From Chitinophagales bacterium (GTDB lineage Bacteria; Bacteroidota; Bacteroidia; Chitinophagales; UBA10324): 64,000 nucleotides of DNA. The stretch lies in assembly GCA_038326325.1 (NCBI GenBank), contig JBBQJW010000017.1:2009-66008 (forward strand). The letters are read 5' to 3'. A program made the position numbers and the translations under genes. The notes beneath the pieces are model-generated. The model saw only the letters and a program-made list of their open reading frames with translations, had not been told where the DNA came from and did not search any database. Each line of letters starts with the position of its first letter. Position 1 is the stretch's first letter. Shown here piece by piece: positions 1 to 9,528 of this stretch.

Positions 1-264
1 ACCAACAAGTGCAGTAAAAAATCCGTGAACCAAAATTGAAATCAGCATAGCCCACAAAGGCAATATTCCAACCATCACCAAAACATAACTCGCAATAAAA
101 ACGGTGAGAATGAAAACAGTTTTAAAAACCATCGCTGCATTCGCGTGAGTCGAAAGATTGTGTTTGCTGAAATATTCATCCACCCGCTTGCGAAGTGTGG
201 GATAAAATTCGGCAATTTTGTTTTTGTCGAATATTATTTTTTTATTGTCTGCTACTGTACTCAT
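1..264 (-). CDS. membrane fatty-acid desaturase family protein, N-terminal part (ORF runs off the window start)
   Basis: Own translation of the minus strand from the ATG at 262-264 gives MSTVADNKKIIFDKNKIAEFYPTLRKRVDEYFSKHNL..., followed by hydrophobic helices. The frame stays open to position 1. It is absent from the ORF track because it is truncated. Confidence 0.45.
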   Translation of the reverse strand, partial: MSTVADNKKIIFDKNKIAEFYPTLRKRVDEYFSKHNLSTHANAAMVFKTVFILTVFIASYVLVMVGILPLWAMLISILVHGFFTALVG

Positions 265-490
265 TTTTAAAATTGTAAAAAGTTTATTGTCACTGATTTA
301 CTGAAAAACAATCAACTTTTGCGGTGTTGCATTTTTTTGGCTGCGCTAAAGTCGTACAAATTTTTTTTAGTTGCATTATTCGGCAAGTTCCCCTTGAAAA
401 TCAGAATGTACAACAGCTTAGACATTCATTCCGCTTTGCGCTTTGAACCTTGCCCTCCGATAACGACTTTTGCCCCTCAATTTTAAAAAG

Positions 491-2224
491 ATGTATCGGA
501 CACATACTTGTGGTGAATTACGAAAAGAACATGCGGGGCAAGCTGTTACACTCGCCGGTTGGGTGCAGCGCGTGCGCGATTTAGGAAATCTGATTTTTAT
601 TGACCTGCGCGACCGGTACGGAATCACGCAATTATTTTTCGATACAAATTCTCCATTGGCTGACCAGGCGAAACAACTCGGTCGCGAATATGTGTTACAG
701 GTTAAAGGTTTAGTGCGCGAGCGAAGCAGCAAGAATGCGCAAATGGAAACCGGTGATATAGAATTAAAAGTGGAAGCGCTTAACATTCTCAATGAATCGA
801 AAACTCCTCCATTTACTATTGAAGAAGAAACCGATGGCGGCGATGATTTGCGTATGAAGTATCGCTATCTTGATTTGCGTCGCCCCGTTGTAAATAAAAA
901 TCTGTTACACCGTCATCGAGTGGCGCAGGCTGTTCGCGAGTATATGGATGGACAAGGATTCGCTGATGTTGAAACTCCCTTCTTAATTAAATCAACACCC
1001 GAAGGCGCTCGTGATTTTGTGGTGCCTTCGCGCTTACATCAGGGAAATTTTTATGCCTTGCCGCAATCACCACAAACTTTCAAACAACTTTTAATGGTGG
1101 CGGGATTTGACCGCTACTATCAGATTGTAAGATGTTTTCGCGATGAAGATTTGCGCGCCGACCGTCAGCCTGAGTTCACACAGATAGATTGCGAGATGGC
1201 TTTTGTTGACCAGGAAGATGTGTTACAGATGTTCGAAGGAATGGTAAAATCTGTTTTCAAAAAAGTGCGTGGCATTGAGCTGAATGATTTTCCAAGAATG
1301 AGTTACGCTGATTGCTTGAAATATTATGGCAACGACAAACCGGACCTTCGTTTTGAAATGAAATTGATTGAAGTGAATGATTTGGTAAAAGGAAAATCAT
1401 TTAAAGTTTTTGATGACGCTGAAGCGGTGATTGCAATTGTCGCTGCAGGTTGTAGTGAATACACGCGCAAGCAAACTGATGAATTAACTGATTGGGTGAA
1501 GCGTCCGCAAATTGGCGCTGGCGGTTTGGTTTTTATCAAGTGTAACAGTGATGGCTCGTTTAAATCTTCGGTTGACAAATTTTATACTGAAGATGATTTG
1601 AAAAAAATTGCTATGCACTGTAATGCTAAAGCCGGTGATTTAATTTTAATTCTCTCCGGCGCTCTTTCAAAAACAAGAAAGGCGATGAGTGAGTTGCGAT
1701 TGGAAATGGGGAATCGTTTGGGCTTGCGCAAAGGGGAAGATTACAAGCCGTTATGGGTTTTGGATTTTCCATTGCTTGAGTGGGACGAAGAAGATAAAAG
1801 GTGGAATGCGATGCATCATCCATTCACCTCATGGAAAAAAGAAGACAATGATTTAATCAATACAAACCCGGGAGCTGTTCGCGCAAATGCTTATGATGTG
1901 GTGATTAATGGCGTTGAACTTTCGAGTGGAAGTATTCGAATTCATAACCGAGCGCAACAGGAAAAAATGTTTTCACTGTTAGGATTAACCACTGAAGAAG
2001 CGAATTATAAATTCGGATTTATTCTTAATGCATTTGAATACGGCGCGCCTCCGCATGGTGGAATTGCATTCGGCTTCGACCGTTTTTGTTCCATCGTCAT
2101 TTCTAATCTCGATTACATCCGCGACTTCATTGCCTTCCCGAAAAACAATTCAGGAAGAGACATGATGCTTGATGCTCCCGCTGATATTGATTCGCGATTG
2201 AAAAAAGATTTGGGCTTGAGCTGA
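491..2224 (+). CDS. aspS: aspartate--tRNA ligase
   Basis: The 584-aa ORF has typical bacterial AspRS motifs ([56 protein letters not shown]). The start was moved to the MYRTH ATG at 491. Confidence 0.95.
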   Translation: MYRTHTCGELRKEHAGQAVTLAGWVQRVRDLGNLIFIDLRDRYGITQLFFDTNSPLADQAKQLGREYVLQVKGLVRERSSKNAQMETGDIELKVEALNILNESKTPPFTIEEETDGGDDLRMKYRYLDLRRPVVNKNLLHRHRVAQAVREYMDGQGFADVETPFLIKSTPEGARDFVVPSRLHQGNFYALPQSPQTFKQLLMVAGFDRYYQIVRCFRDEDLRADRQPEFTQIDCEMAFVDQEDVLQMFEGMVKSVFKKVRGIELNDFPRMSYADCLKYYGNDKPDLRFEMKLIEVNDLVKGKSFKVFDDAEAVIAIVAAGCSEYTRKQTDELTDWVKRPQIGAGGLVFIKCNSDGSFKSSVDKFYTEDDLKKIAMHCNAKAGDLILILSGALSKTRKAMSELRLEMGNRLGLRKGEDYKPLWVLDFPLLEWDEEDKRWNAMHHPFTSWKKEDNDLINTNPGAVRANAYDVVINGVELSSGSIRIHNRAQQEKMFSLLGLTTEEANYKFGFILNAFEYGAPPHGGIAFGFDRFCSIVISNLDYIRDFIAFPKNNSGRDMMLDAPADIDSRLKKDLGLS

Positions 2225-2287
2225 TCTTTGAACAACATTCTTTTGTTTGGATTAATACTTTTATCTCATTGAATTTTTAAAAACCCG

Positions 2288-5200
2288 ATGAAAAAAATTT
2301 TATTTCTACTCCTCTCACTTTTCACTTTTCACCTTTTATCATTTACCTCCTTCGCACAGCAAACTTTTCCAGTAAACGGAACACACGATTTGCGTGAAGG
2401 AAATTTCGCGTTCACTCATGCGACTATCGCCGTTGATTACAAAACAATGTTGAGTGATGCTACTCTTTTAATTCGCGATGGAAAAATTGAAGCCGTTGGA
2501 AATAATGTTTCCATTCCAACAGGTGTAACAGCGATTGATTGCAAGGGGAAATTCATTTACCCTTCGTTCATAGATTTGTACAGCAACTACGGAGTTTCTT
2601 CAATAGAAAATAAAAGTGATGGCAACAGACGCGGTCCGCAATTTCTTTCAAATAAATCAGGGGCATACAACTGGAATCAGGCGGTGATGCCAGAAGTAAA
2701 TGCTGCGGATAATTTTTCGGTCGATGAAAAACAATCTGAAAGTTATCGCTCGCTTGGTTTCGGCGCGATGCTCGTTCAGCGTTTCGATGGAATCATGCGC
2801 GGCACTGGTGCAGTAGTGCTTGCAGGAAATGAAAGTGATAACGAAATGTTGCTGAACGAGAAAGCCGCCTCATGTTATTCATTTAGCAAGGGAACGAGTA
2901 CGCAGGATTATCCTTCGTCGCTCATGGGTTCCATCGCGTTACTGCGACAAACTTTTTACGATTCGCAGTGGTACAAAGCGGGTGGTGATAAGGAAGAAAA
3001 AAATATTTCGCTCGATGCATTGAACAATCAGTTATCTCTTCCACAAATTTTTCAGGTGGATAACGACCTCAGCATTTTGCGTGCAGATAAAATCGGTGAT
3101 GAGTTCGGAATAAAATTTATAGTCAAAGGTGCGGGCGATGAATACCAACGGCTGGATGAAATAAAATCTACGGGCGACGCACTCATTGTTCCAATCAATT
3201 TTCCGAAACCATATAATGTTACAGACCCTGATGATGCGGAAATAATTCCGCTATCAGCGCTCATGAATTGGGAACAGGCACCTGCTAATCTTTCACGAAT
3301 TGATAAAGCAGGAATCACTTTCTCAATTACAAAACAAGGATGCGGCGATGATGACTTCTGGAAAAATCTTCGCAAGGCCATTGAATACGGATTGAATAAA
3401 TCCGACGCGCTCAAGGCGCTCACTTACACTCCCGCTCAACTTTCAAATGAATGGAACGAATTGGGTTCGTTAGAAAAAGGAAAACTCGCCAACTTCATCA
3501 TTTGTTCAGATTCTATTTTCAATGAAGAAAATATTATTTATCAGAATTGGGTGAAAGGAAAAGCATACCAGGTGAATGACGAAAAAATTTCTTCCCTCAA
3601 GGGAGAATATTCTTTCACACTGAACAGAATGAGTGATGTAAAGCTCACGATTGAAAATCCTTCTTCGAATAACGGAGTGTTACAGTTTCATGATTCAACA
3701 AAATCAGATGTGAAGTTTTCGTTGAACGACAATTTGATTTCTCTTAACTTCTCCATGCCGAATGATTCCACCAAACAATTGTATCGGGTGAATGGATTTG
3801 TTGAAGGGGGAAATTTTTCAGGAAAAGGTTTAGACCCGAACGGAAAAGAAGTGGTTTGGACGGCAACCAGAAGCGGCGATGTCCAAGCGAAAAAAGATTC
3901 CTCAAAAAATAAAAATGAAAAACCAGTTTTCGGAAAAGTAGTTTATCCGTTTGATGGTTATGGTTGCGATACATTACCAAAACAGGAAACTGTTCTGTTC
4001 AAAAACGCGACGGTGTGGACGAATGAAACTGACAGCATCCTCCTCAACACTGATGTACTAATCTCCAATGGAAAAATTCAACAGATAGGCAAAAACATTT
4101 CCGCTCCCGCAGGTGCGCGCATCATTGACGCGACAAATAAATTTCTTACAAGCGGAATCATTGACGAGCATTCGCACATCGCGATTTCGCAGGGAGTGAA
4201 TGAAGGAACACAATCCGTTACAGCTGAAGTTCGCATCGGCGATGTGGTGAATTCTGAAGACATTGATATTTACCGCAACCTCGCGGGCGGAGTCGTTTGC
4301 TCGCATCTGTTACACGGCTCAGCGAATAATATCGGCGGACAAACGCAACTCATAAAACTTCGCTGGGGTTACGCTCCCGAGCAAATGAAATTCGCGGGAT
4401 GGACGGGCTTCATCAAGTTCGCGTTGGGAGAAAATGTGAAGCAAAGCAACTGGGGCGACTATAACACTTCGCGCTTTCCACAAACAAGAATGGGTGTCGA
4501 GCAGAATTTATTCGACGCGTTTATCCGCGCGAAGGATTATGAATTGAAATGGAATACTTATAACAATGCAAGTCATTCTTCAACGAAAAATAAAACTGTT
4601 ACAGCCGAAATCCTCCGCAGAGATTTGGAATTGGACGCGCTCGTTGAAATTCTGAATGGAAAAAGATTCATCACTTGTCATTCTTATGTCCAGAGCGAAA
4701 TCAATATGCTCATGCATGTGGCGGACAGCATGCATTTTCAGATGAACACCTTCACGCACATACTCGAAGGATATAAAGTCGCCGATAAAATGAAGGCGCA
4801 TGGAGTATACGCCTCTACTTTTTCCGACTGGTGGGCTTATAAGTATGAAGTGTATGACGCGATTCCTTACAACTCCGCCATACTCACGAAGGTAGGGGTG
4901 GTGACCGCTGTGAATTCTGACGACGCTGAAATGGCGCGCCGATTAAATCAGGAAGCTGCGAAGAGCATCAAGTACGGAGGACTAACAGAAATGCAGGCGT
5001 GGAAACTCTGCACTCTCAATCCGGCCAAGATGTTACATGTGGATGATAAAATAGGAAGTATAAAAGTTGGAAAAGACGCCGATGTTGTTTTGTGGAATGC
5101 GAACCCGCTGAGTGTTTACGCGAAACCCGAGTACACTTTTGTTGATGGCGTTTGTTTTTTTAGTCTGCAATCTGATTTACAAAAACGCGATTTCATTCGC

Positions 5201-5338
5201 ACTGAGCGATTGCGCATCATCAACGAAATGATTCAGGCGGTAAAAAACGGAGCGCAGACTCAGGAGTTGCGACTCAACTTCAATACACTTTATGGCTGCG
5301 ATACTTTGTGCGATGGTTCTCAAATTTCCAGACAGTAA
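2288..5338 (+). CDS. large secreted amidohydrolase family protein
   Basis: Has an N-terminal signal peptide. Metal-dependent amidohydrolase motifs include IIDEHSHIA, HG.ANNIGG and a C-terminal GSIKVGKDADVVLW. Confidence 0.8.
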   Translation: MKKILFLLLSLFTFHLLSFTSFAQQTFPVNGTHDLREGNFAFTHATIAVDYKTMLSDATLLIRDGKIEAVGNNVSIPTGVTAIDCKGKFIYPSFIDLYSNYGVSSIENKSDGNRRGPQFLSNKSGAYNWNQAVMPEVNAADNFSVDEKQSESYRSLGFGAMLVQRFDGIMRGTGAVVLAGNESDNEMLLNEKAASCYSFSKGTSTQDYPSSLMGSIALLRQTFYDSQWYKAGGDKEEKNISLDALNNQLSLPQIFQVDNDLSILRADKIGDEFGIKFIVKGAGDEYQRLDEIKSTGDALIVPINFPKPYNVTDPDDAEIIPLSALMNWEQAPANLSRIDKAGITFSITKQGCGDDDFWKNLRKAIEYGLNKSDALKALTYTPAQLSNEWNELGSLEKGKLANFIICSDSIFNEENIIYQNWVKGKAYQVNDEKISSLKGEYSFTLNRMSDVKLTIENPSSNNGVLQFHDSTKSDVKFSLNDNLISLNFSMPNDSTKQLYRVNGFVEGGNFSGKGLDPNGKEVVWTATRSGDVQAKKDSSKNKNEKPVFGKVVYPFDGYGCDTLPKQETVLFKNATVWTNETDSILLNTDVLISNGKIQQIGKNISAPAGARIIDATNKFLTSGIIDEHSHIAISQGVNEGTQSVTAEVRIGDVVNSEDIDIYRNLAGGVVCSHLLHGSANNIGGQTQLIKLRWGYAPEQMKFAGWTGFIKFALGENVKQSNWGDYNTSRFPQTRMGVEQNLFDAFIRAKDYELKWNTYNNASHSSTKNKTVTAEILRRDLELDALVEILNGKRFITCHSYVQSEINMLMHVADSMHFQMNTFTHILEGYKVADKMKAHGVYASTFSDWWAYKYEVYDAIPYNSAILTKVGVVTAVNSDDAEMARRLNQEAAKSIKYGGLTEMQAWKLCTLNPAKMLHVDDKIGSIKVGKDADVVLWNANPLSVYAKPEYTFVDGVCFFSLQSDLQKRDFIRTERLRIINEMIQAVKNGAQTQELRLNFNTLYGCDTLCDGSQISRQ

Positions 5339-5351
5339 AAAATATAACGAC

Positions 5352-6647
5352 ATGAAAAAAATATTCTCATTACTTCTCTCTCTTTTCGTTTTCAGTGTTA
5401 CATACGCGCAAACAATTCCTGTTGCACCGCCGCAGGATTCAATCATCATTCTGATGAATGGCATTGCCCATTTAGGAAATGGTGAAGTGATTGAAAATTC
5501 CATTATCGAAATTGTGAAAGGAAAAATTGCAATGATTGGTGATGCGCGAACAATCCGATTAGAAAAATCAAATGCAAAAATCATAAACATCTATGGCAAG
5601 CATGTGTATCCCGGATTGATTGCGTGTAACAGTAATTTAGGACTGAATGAAATTGAAGCGGCTCGCGCCACACGCGATGCGAACGAGGTTGGTGATTTCA
5701 ATCCGAACATCAGAAGCATCATCGCATACAACACAGATTCAAAAGTGATCGCGACTGTTCGCTCCAATGGAATTTTGTTGGCGCAGGTTGTTCCGCAGGG
5801 CGGAATTATTTCAGGTTCATCTTCTGTTATGCAACTCGACGCGTGGAATTGGGAGGACGCTGCTTACAAAACCGACGAAGGAATTCATCTCAACTGGCCC
5901 TCGTACTTCACCGCGCATTTTGACAATCCCGATGGCGGAACAGTTGGCTTGAATGAAAAATACGTGGAGCAGGTTCAGAACATTCGAAATTTTTTCGATG
6001 AAGCGAAAGCGTATTCACAAACTGTTACACACGAAAACACGAACCTGAAGTTCGAAGCGATGCGCGAATTGTTTTCCGGGAAGAAAATTTTTTTCATTCA
6101 CGCGGATGGCGTGAAAGAAATTACCGGGGCGGTGCTTTTCGCAAAATCTTATAACATGCGATGCGTGATAGTTGGTGGTAGCGACGCATGGAAATGCACT
6201 GATATTTTAGTCGCTAATCATGTGTCGGTGATACTCGGTAGAATTCAATCGCTGCCAGGTTCAACGGATGATGATTATGATTTGCCCTACAAAACTCCGG
6301 CGCTCTTGAAAAAAGCGGGAGTAGATTTTTGTTTGAGCATGGATGGTTTCTGGCAGCAGCGCAATCTTTCTTTTCTTGGCGGAGAAGCGATTGCTTACGG
6401 AGAAATAAGTAAGGAAGAAGCGCTGCGATACATCACTTCAAATGCTGCGCGCATTCTTGGAATTGATAGTGTAACAGGAACTCTAGAATCAGGGAAGGAC
6501 GCGAACATTATAGTGAGCGATGGAGATATTCTCGACATGAAAACCAACAATATCATTTACGCTTTCATACAAGGTCGGGAAATAAATCTCGACGACAAAC
6601 AAAAAGACTTGTATGAAGTTTATAAAGCGAAGTATGGAATAAAATAA
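5352..6647 (+). CDS. secreted amidohydrolase family protein
   Basis: Signal peptide MKKIFSLLLSLFVFSVTYAQ and a C-terminal GTLESGKDANIIV motif. The start is set at the ATG at 5352, because the track start at 5292 overlaps the upstream gene. Confidence 0.75.
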   Translation: MKKIFSLLLSLFVFSVTYAQTIPVAPPQDSIIILMNGIAHLGNGEVIENSIIEIVKGKIAMIGDARTIRLEKSNAKIINIYGKHVYPGLIACNSNLGLNEIEAARATRDANEVGDFNPNIRSIIAYNTDSKVIATVRSNGILLAQVVPQGGIISGSSSVMQLDAWNWEDAAYKTDEGIHLNWPSYFTAHFDNPDGGTVGLNEKYVEQVQNIRNFFDEAKAYSQTVTHENTNLKFEAMRELFSGKKIFFIHADGVKEITGAVLFAKSYNMRCVIVGGSDAWKCTDILVANHVSVILGRIQSLPGSTDDDYDLPYKTPALLKKAGVDFCLSMDGFWQQRNLSFLGGEAIAYGEISKEEALRYITSNAARILGIDSVTGTLESGKDANIIVSDGDILDMKTNNIIYAFIQGREINLDDKQKDLYEVYKAKYGIK

Positions 6648-6650
6648 TTT

Positions 6651-6956
6651 CTAATTCTCAAATTCGATTGTATAAAGCGTGCGGCTTGCGCTTTCGCAAA
6701 GAGGAGCAACCTCTTTGTATAAAGCAACTGCTTTTTCGTTGGTCATCCATTGGTAATTTTTAAATCCAATGTCCTGAAAACTTCTCAAACTCATTTCCAA
6801 AACCATAGTGTATGCAGGACCAGTGAGGTCGGTAAGTATGCGGACTTTCGGCTTGTCTTTAGCGTCTTTAAATTGTTCGAAAATTTCTTTCCAAAGCGCA
6901 AGCGCCTCCTTCATTTTTCCAAACTTGATTTTAAATTCTGTGCGTTCGATAATCAT
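6651..6956 (-). CDS. small hypothetical protein (possible dimeric alpha/beta-barrel fold)
   Basis: ORF on the minus strand. The internal start MIIERTEFKIKFGK is favoured over the 7028 start. No recognisable catalytic motif. Confidence 0.45.
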   Translation of the reverse strand: MIIERTEFKIKFGKMKEALALWKEIFEQFKDAKDKPKVRILTDLTGPAYTMVLEMSLRSFQDIGFKNYQWMTNEKAVALYKEVAPLCESASRTLYTIEFEN

Positions 6957-7101
6957 AATATTTGCTTTTGTTGCAGCGAATCTAATACAAGTGAACACGG
7001 ATTGAAACAGATTGAAAAGATTTTTCACGGATTAAAATCCGTCGTTATCAGTAGCATCCGTATGAATCAGTGTCCTATGAATTTTTATTTTCGCCCCCAC
7101 A

Positions 7102-7743
7102 ATGGGAAAAAACAAATTGAAGCATTTCGCCGAGATGGAAACATTCACCAATGTTTTTCAGAAGGCGACGGCGATGAAAGGAAAATGGAATGAAGTTTTT
7201 TTTCAAAATGGAAATTCTGTTACACTTGAACTGGGCTGCGGCAAAGGGGAATATTCAGTAGCGCTCGCTAAAAATTATCCTGAAAGAAATTTTATCGGTA
7301 TTGACATCAAAGGAGCAAGAATCTGGCGCGGAGCGAAAACCGCGCTCGAAGAACAAATAAAAAATGTTTGCTTTCTGCGTGCGCAGGTTGATCATCTTCC
7401 TGAATATTTTGAAAAGAATTCTATTGATGAAATCTGGCTCACATTTTCCGACCCGCACTTACCGAAGAGCGAAGCAAGACGAAGACTGACTTCTCCAAAA
7501 TTTATTTCCATCTATCGCGAAGTATTAAAGCCCGCCGGAATCATTCACCTGAAAACAGATTCTTCCGTGCTTTATGATTTTACCCTTGAAGTAATTGCGG
7601 AACTGAAACTGAAAATGCTCTGGCACTCAAATGATATTTATGCCGCCGAGCTTCCTGATAAAATTCTCGAAGTAAAAACTTACTACGAGGAAATGAATCT
7701 GAAAAAAGGAAAGACGATTAAGTATGTGCGATTTGGTTTATGA
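7102..7743 (+). CDS. trmB: tRNA (guanine-N7)-methyltransferase
   Basis: Shows LELGCGKGEY (SAM motif), IGIDIKG and WLTFSDPH.K, which are typical of TrmB. Confidence 0.9.
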   Translation: MGKNKLKHFAEMETFTNVFQKATAMKGKWNEVFFQNGNSVTLELGCGKGEYSVALAKNYPERNFIGIDIKGARIWRGAKTALEEQIKNVCFLRAQVDHLPEYFEKNSIDEIWLTFSDPHLPKSEARRRLTSPKFISIYREVLKPAGIIHLKTDSSVLYDFTLEVIAELKLKMLWHSNDIYAAELPDKILEVKTYYEEMNLKKGKTIKYVRFGL

Positions 7744-7826
7744 GATAGGGCTTCACGCAAAGGCGCAGGGGCGCAAAGTTTTTCTTCGATGTATTTCTTT
7801 GCTCCTTAGCGAGCTTTGCGTGAAAA

Positions 7827-8228
7827 TTATTTTATTTCCTGACACAATTCAATCAATACTCCGTTGGTGCTTTTCGGATGAAGGAAGATGACCAATTTAT
7901 TATCTGCTCCTTTGAAAGGTTCTTCTCTGGTGAAAACAAATCCCGCCTCTTTCAACCTTTTAATTTCTGAATTGATGTCGGCGACTTCATAAGCAATGTG
8001 ATGCATTCCTTCGCCGCGTGCGGCAATAAATTTTCCGATGGCTCCTTCTGCGTTTGTTGTTTCTACCAATTCAATTTTTGTGTCGCCGGTTTTAAAGAAG
8101 GCGGTCGTCACCATTTCTGATTCTACTTTTTCAATTTTATAACAAGGGGTGTTCAACAGTGCTTCAAATAATTTTTTACTTGCTTCGAGATTCTTTACCG
8201 CAATACCAATGTGTTCAACTTTCAGCAT
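7827..8228 (-). CDS. mce: methylmalonyl-CoA epimerase (VOC/glyoxalase fold)
   Basis: The 133-aa ORF has HIGIAV, ...GEGMHHIAYEV... and VLIEL, the typical MCE pattern. Confidence 0.85.
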   Translation of the reverse strand: MLKVEHIGIAVKNLEASKKLFEALLNTPCYKIEKVESEMVTTAFFKTGDTKIELVETTNAEGAIGKFIAARGEGMHHIAYEVADINSEIKRLKEAGFVFTREEPFKGADNKLVIFLHPKSTNGVLIELCQEIK

Positions 8229-8445
8229 GGAATTCTTTTTTACAAAGATAAATTTTTACCACAGAAAAGTTTTTTTACCACAGAGTCAAAAGAGTATTGC
8301 ACAGAGTAGCACAGAAAGAAAACTAGGTGAAACTCTTGATTTTACTCTGAGAAACTCTGTGGTTTGAAGCAAAAGGAACTCTATGAAAAAACTCTGTGTT
8401 ACTCCGTAGTGAAGACCTAAATTTGCAGAAGTAAATTATAAAACA

Positions 8446-8772
8446 ATGATACAGATTAGTGAACACGCGAAAAGTAAAGTGACTGAAATTCTGAAGACCG
8501 AAGGAAAAGATGATTCGTACTTCGTTCGGGTTTCTGTTGTGGGCGGCGGTTGCAGTGGTTTGAGTTACAAAATGGAATTTGACCACGACCTGAAAAAAGA
8601 AGACCAGGTTTTTGAAGATAAAGGAATGAAACTCGTTACCGACCTCCGCAGTTTTTTATATCTGTGTGGTACCACTCTCGACCATAGCGACGGACTGAAC
8701 GGAAAGGGTTTTCATTTCGTGAACCCGAATGCTACTCGCACCTGCGCTTGCGGGGAGAGTTTTGCGGTTTAA
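8446..8772 (+). CDS. erpA: iron-sulfur cluster insertion protein (HesB/IscA/ErpA family)
   Basis: Has GGGCSGLSY and a C-terminal CACGESF cysteine signature. Confidence 0.9.
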   Translation: MIQISEHAKSKVTEILKTEGKDDSYFVRVSVVGGGCSGLSYKMEFDHDLKKEDQVFEDKGMKLVTDLRSFLYLCGTTLDHSDGLNGKGFHFVNPNATRTCACGESFAV

Positions 8773-8854
8773 TACAAATAAAACTGTAACAGTAGCGCCG
8801 ATTTCAGATTGTCTGAACCGAGATTAAACTGATTAATGGATTTATAGGATTAAG

Positions 8855-8888
8855 CCCTCTCGGAGATTTTTTTTTGAGAGGGTTTTTT
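8855..8888 (+). terminator. rho-independent terminator after erpA
   Basis: Stem CCCTCTC (8855-8861) pairs with GAGAGGG (8876-8882) and is followed by TTTTTT. Confidence 0.6.
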
Positions 8889-8980
8889 GTTTGAAAAAAA
8901 ATTAATTTGGCGGTTGCTAAAAAGCCTACTGTTGAAAACACACAGGCAGGGGCAGAAGGTGTAACACCGACAAACAAAAA

Positions 8981-9027
8981 ATAAAAACCGCAAAGTCCCT
9001 TCGGGAGACTGTGCGGGACAAAAAAAT
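8981..9027 (-). repeat. hairpin repeat copy 1 (terminator-like on the minus strand)
   Basis: AAAACCGCAAAGTCCCTTCGGGAGACTGTGCGGGAC is near-identical to the copy at 9259-9306. On the minus strand the hairpin is followed by a T-run. Confidence 0.6.
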
Positions 9028-9044
9028 AAAAAAATAAAAAAAAA

Positions 9045-9233
9045 ATGATACAATTAGATATACCAGCATCATACTTTTTGGAAGAGTTGCAACGGCAACT
9101 TCTAATATTACCTGAAGATGAAACGGGAATAATTATTACAATAAATGATGAAGAGATTGTTCGGAAAGTTAGGGTCTCTGTTGACTACAGAAATAAAAGG
9201 TGGTGGATTTTGGGAATTGAGCAGATAGGTTAA
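9045..9233 (+). CDS. orphan 62-aa hypothetical ORF between two hairpin repeats
   Basis: The only support is an open frame with an ATG directly after an A-rich tract. No recognisable family. Confidence 0.25.
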   Translation: MIQLDIPASYFLEELQRQLLILPEDETGIIITINDEEIVRKVRVSVDYRNKRWWILGIEQIG

Positions 9234-9258
9234 AATAAAATTTCAAAAATCAAAAAGA

Positions 9259-9306
9259 ATTAAAACCGCACAGTCCCCTGCAGGAGACTGTGCGGGGACG
9301 AAAAAA
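9259..9306 (-). terminator. hairpin repeat copy 2, probable kmo terminator
   Basis: A 10-bp stem CCGCACAGTC / GACTGTGCGG. On the minus strand it is followed by TTTTAATTCTTTTT. Confidence 0.55.
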
Positions 9307-9528
9307 CTGGTTACAGCTTTTTCGCTATGATAGCGCTATAGGATTAGTAATTGTTACGGTGTAACGGAATCACGCTTTCGATATAGTGTTGCCTGCGTGA
9401 GTGATTGTAGTGGAAATCATTTTTTGTGATTACACAAAAAATATTGAAACGAAAAGCACGACAGCATTTTTTTGAATACAAAAAAATGGTGGCACGCCCG
9501 ACACTTCGACAAGCTAAGTGTTACAGTG

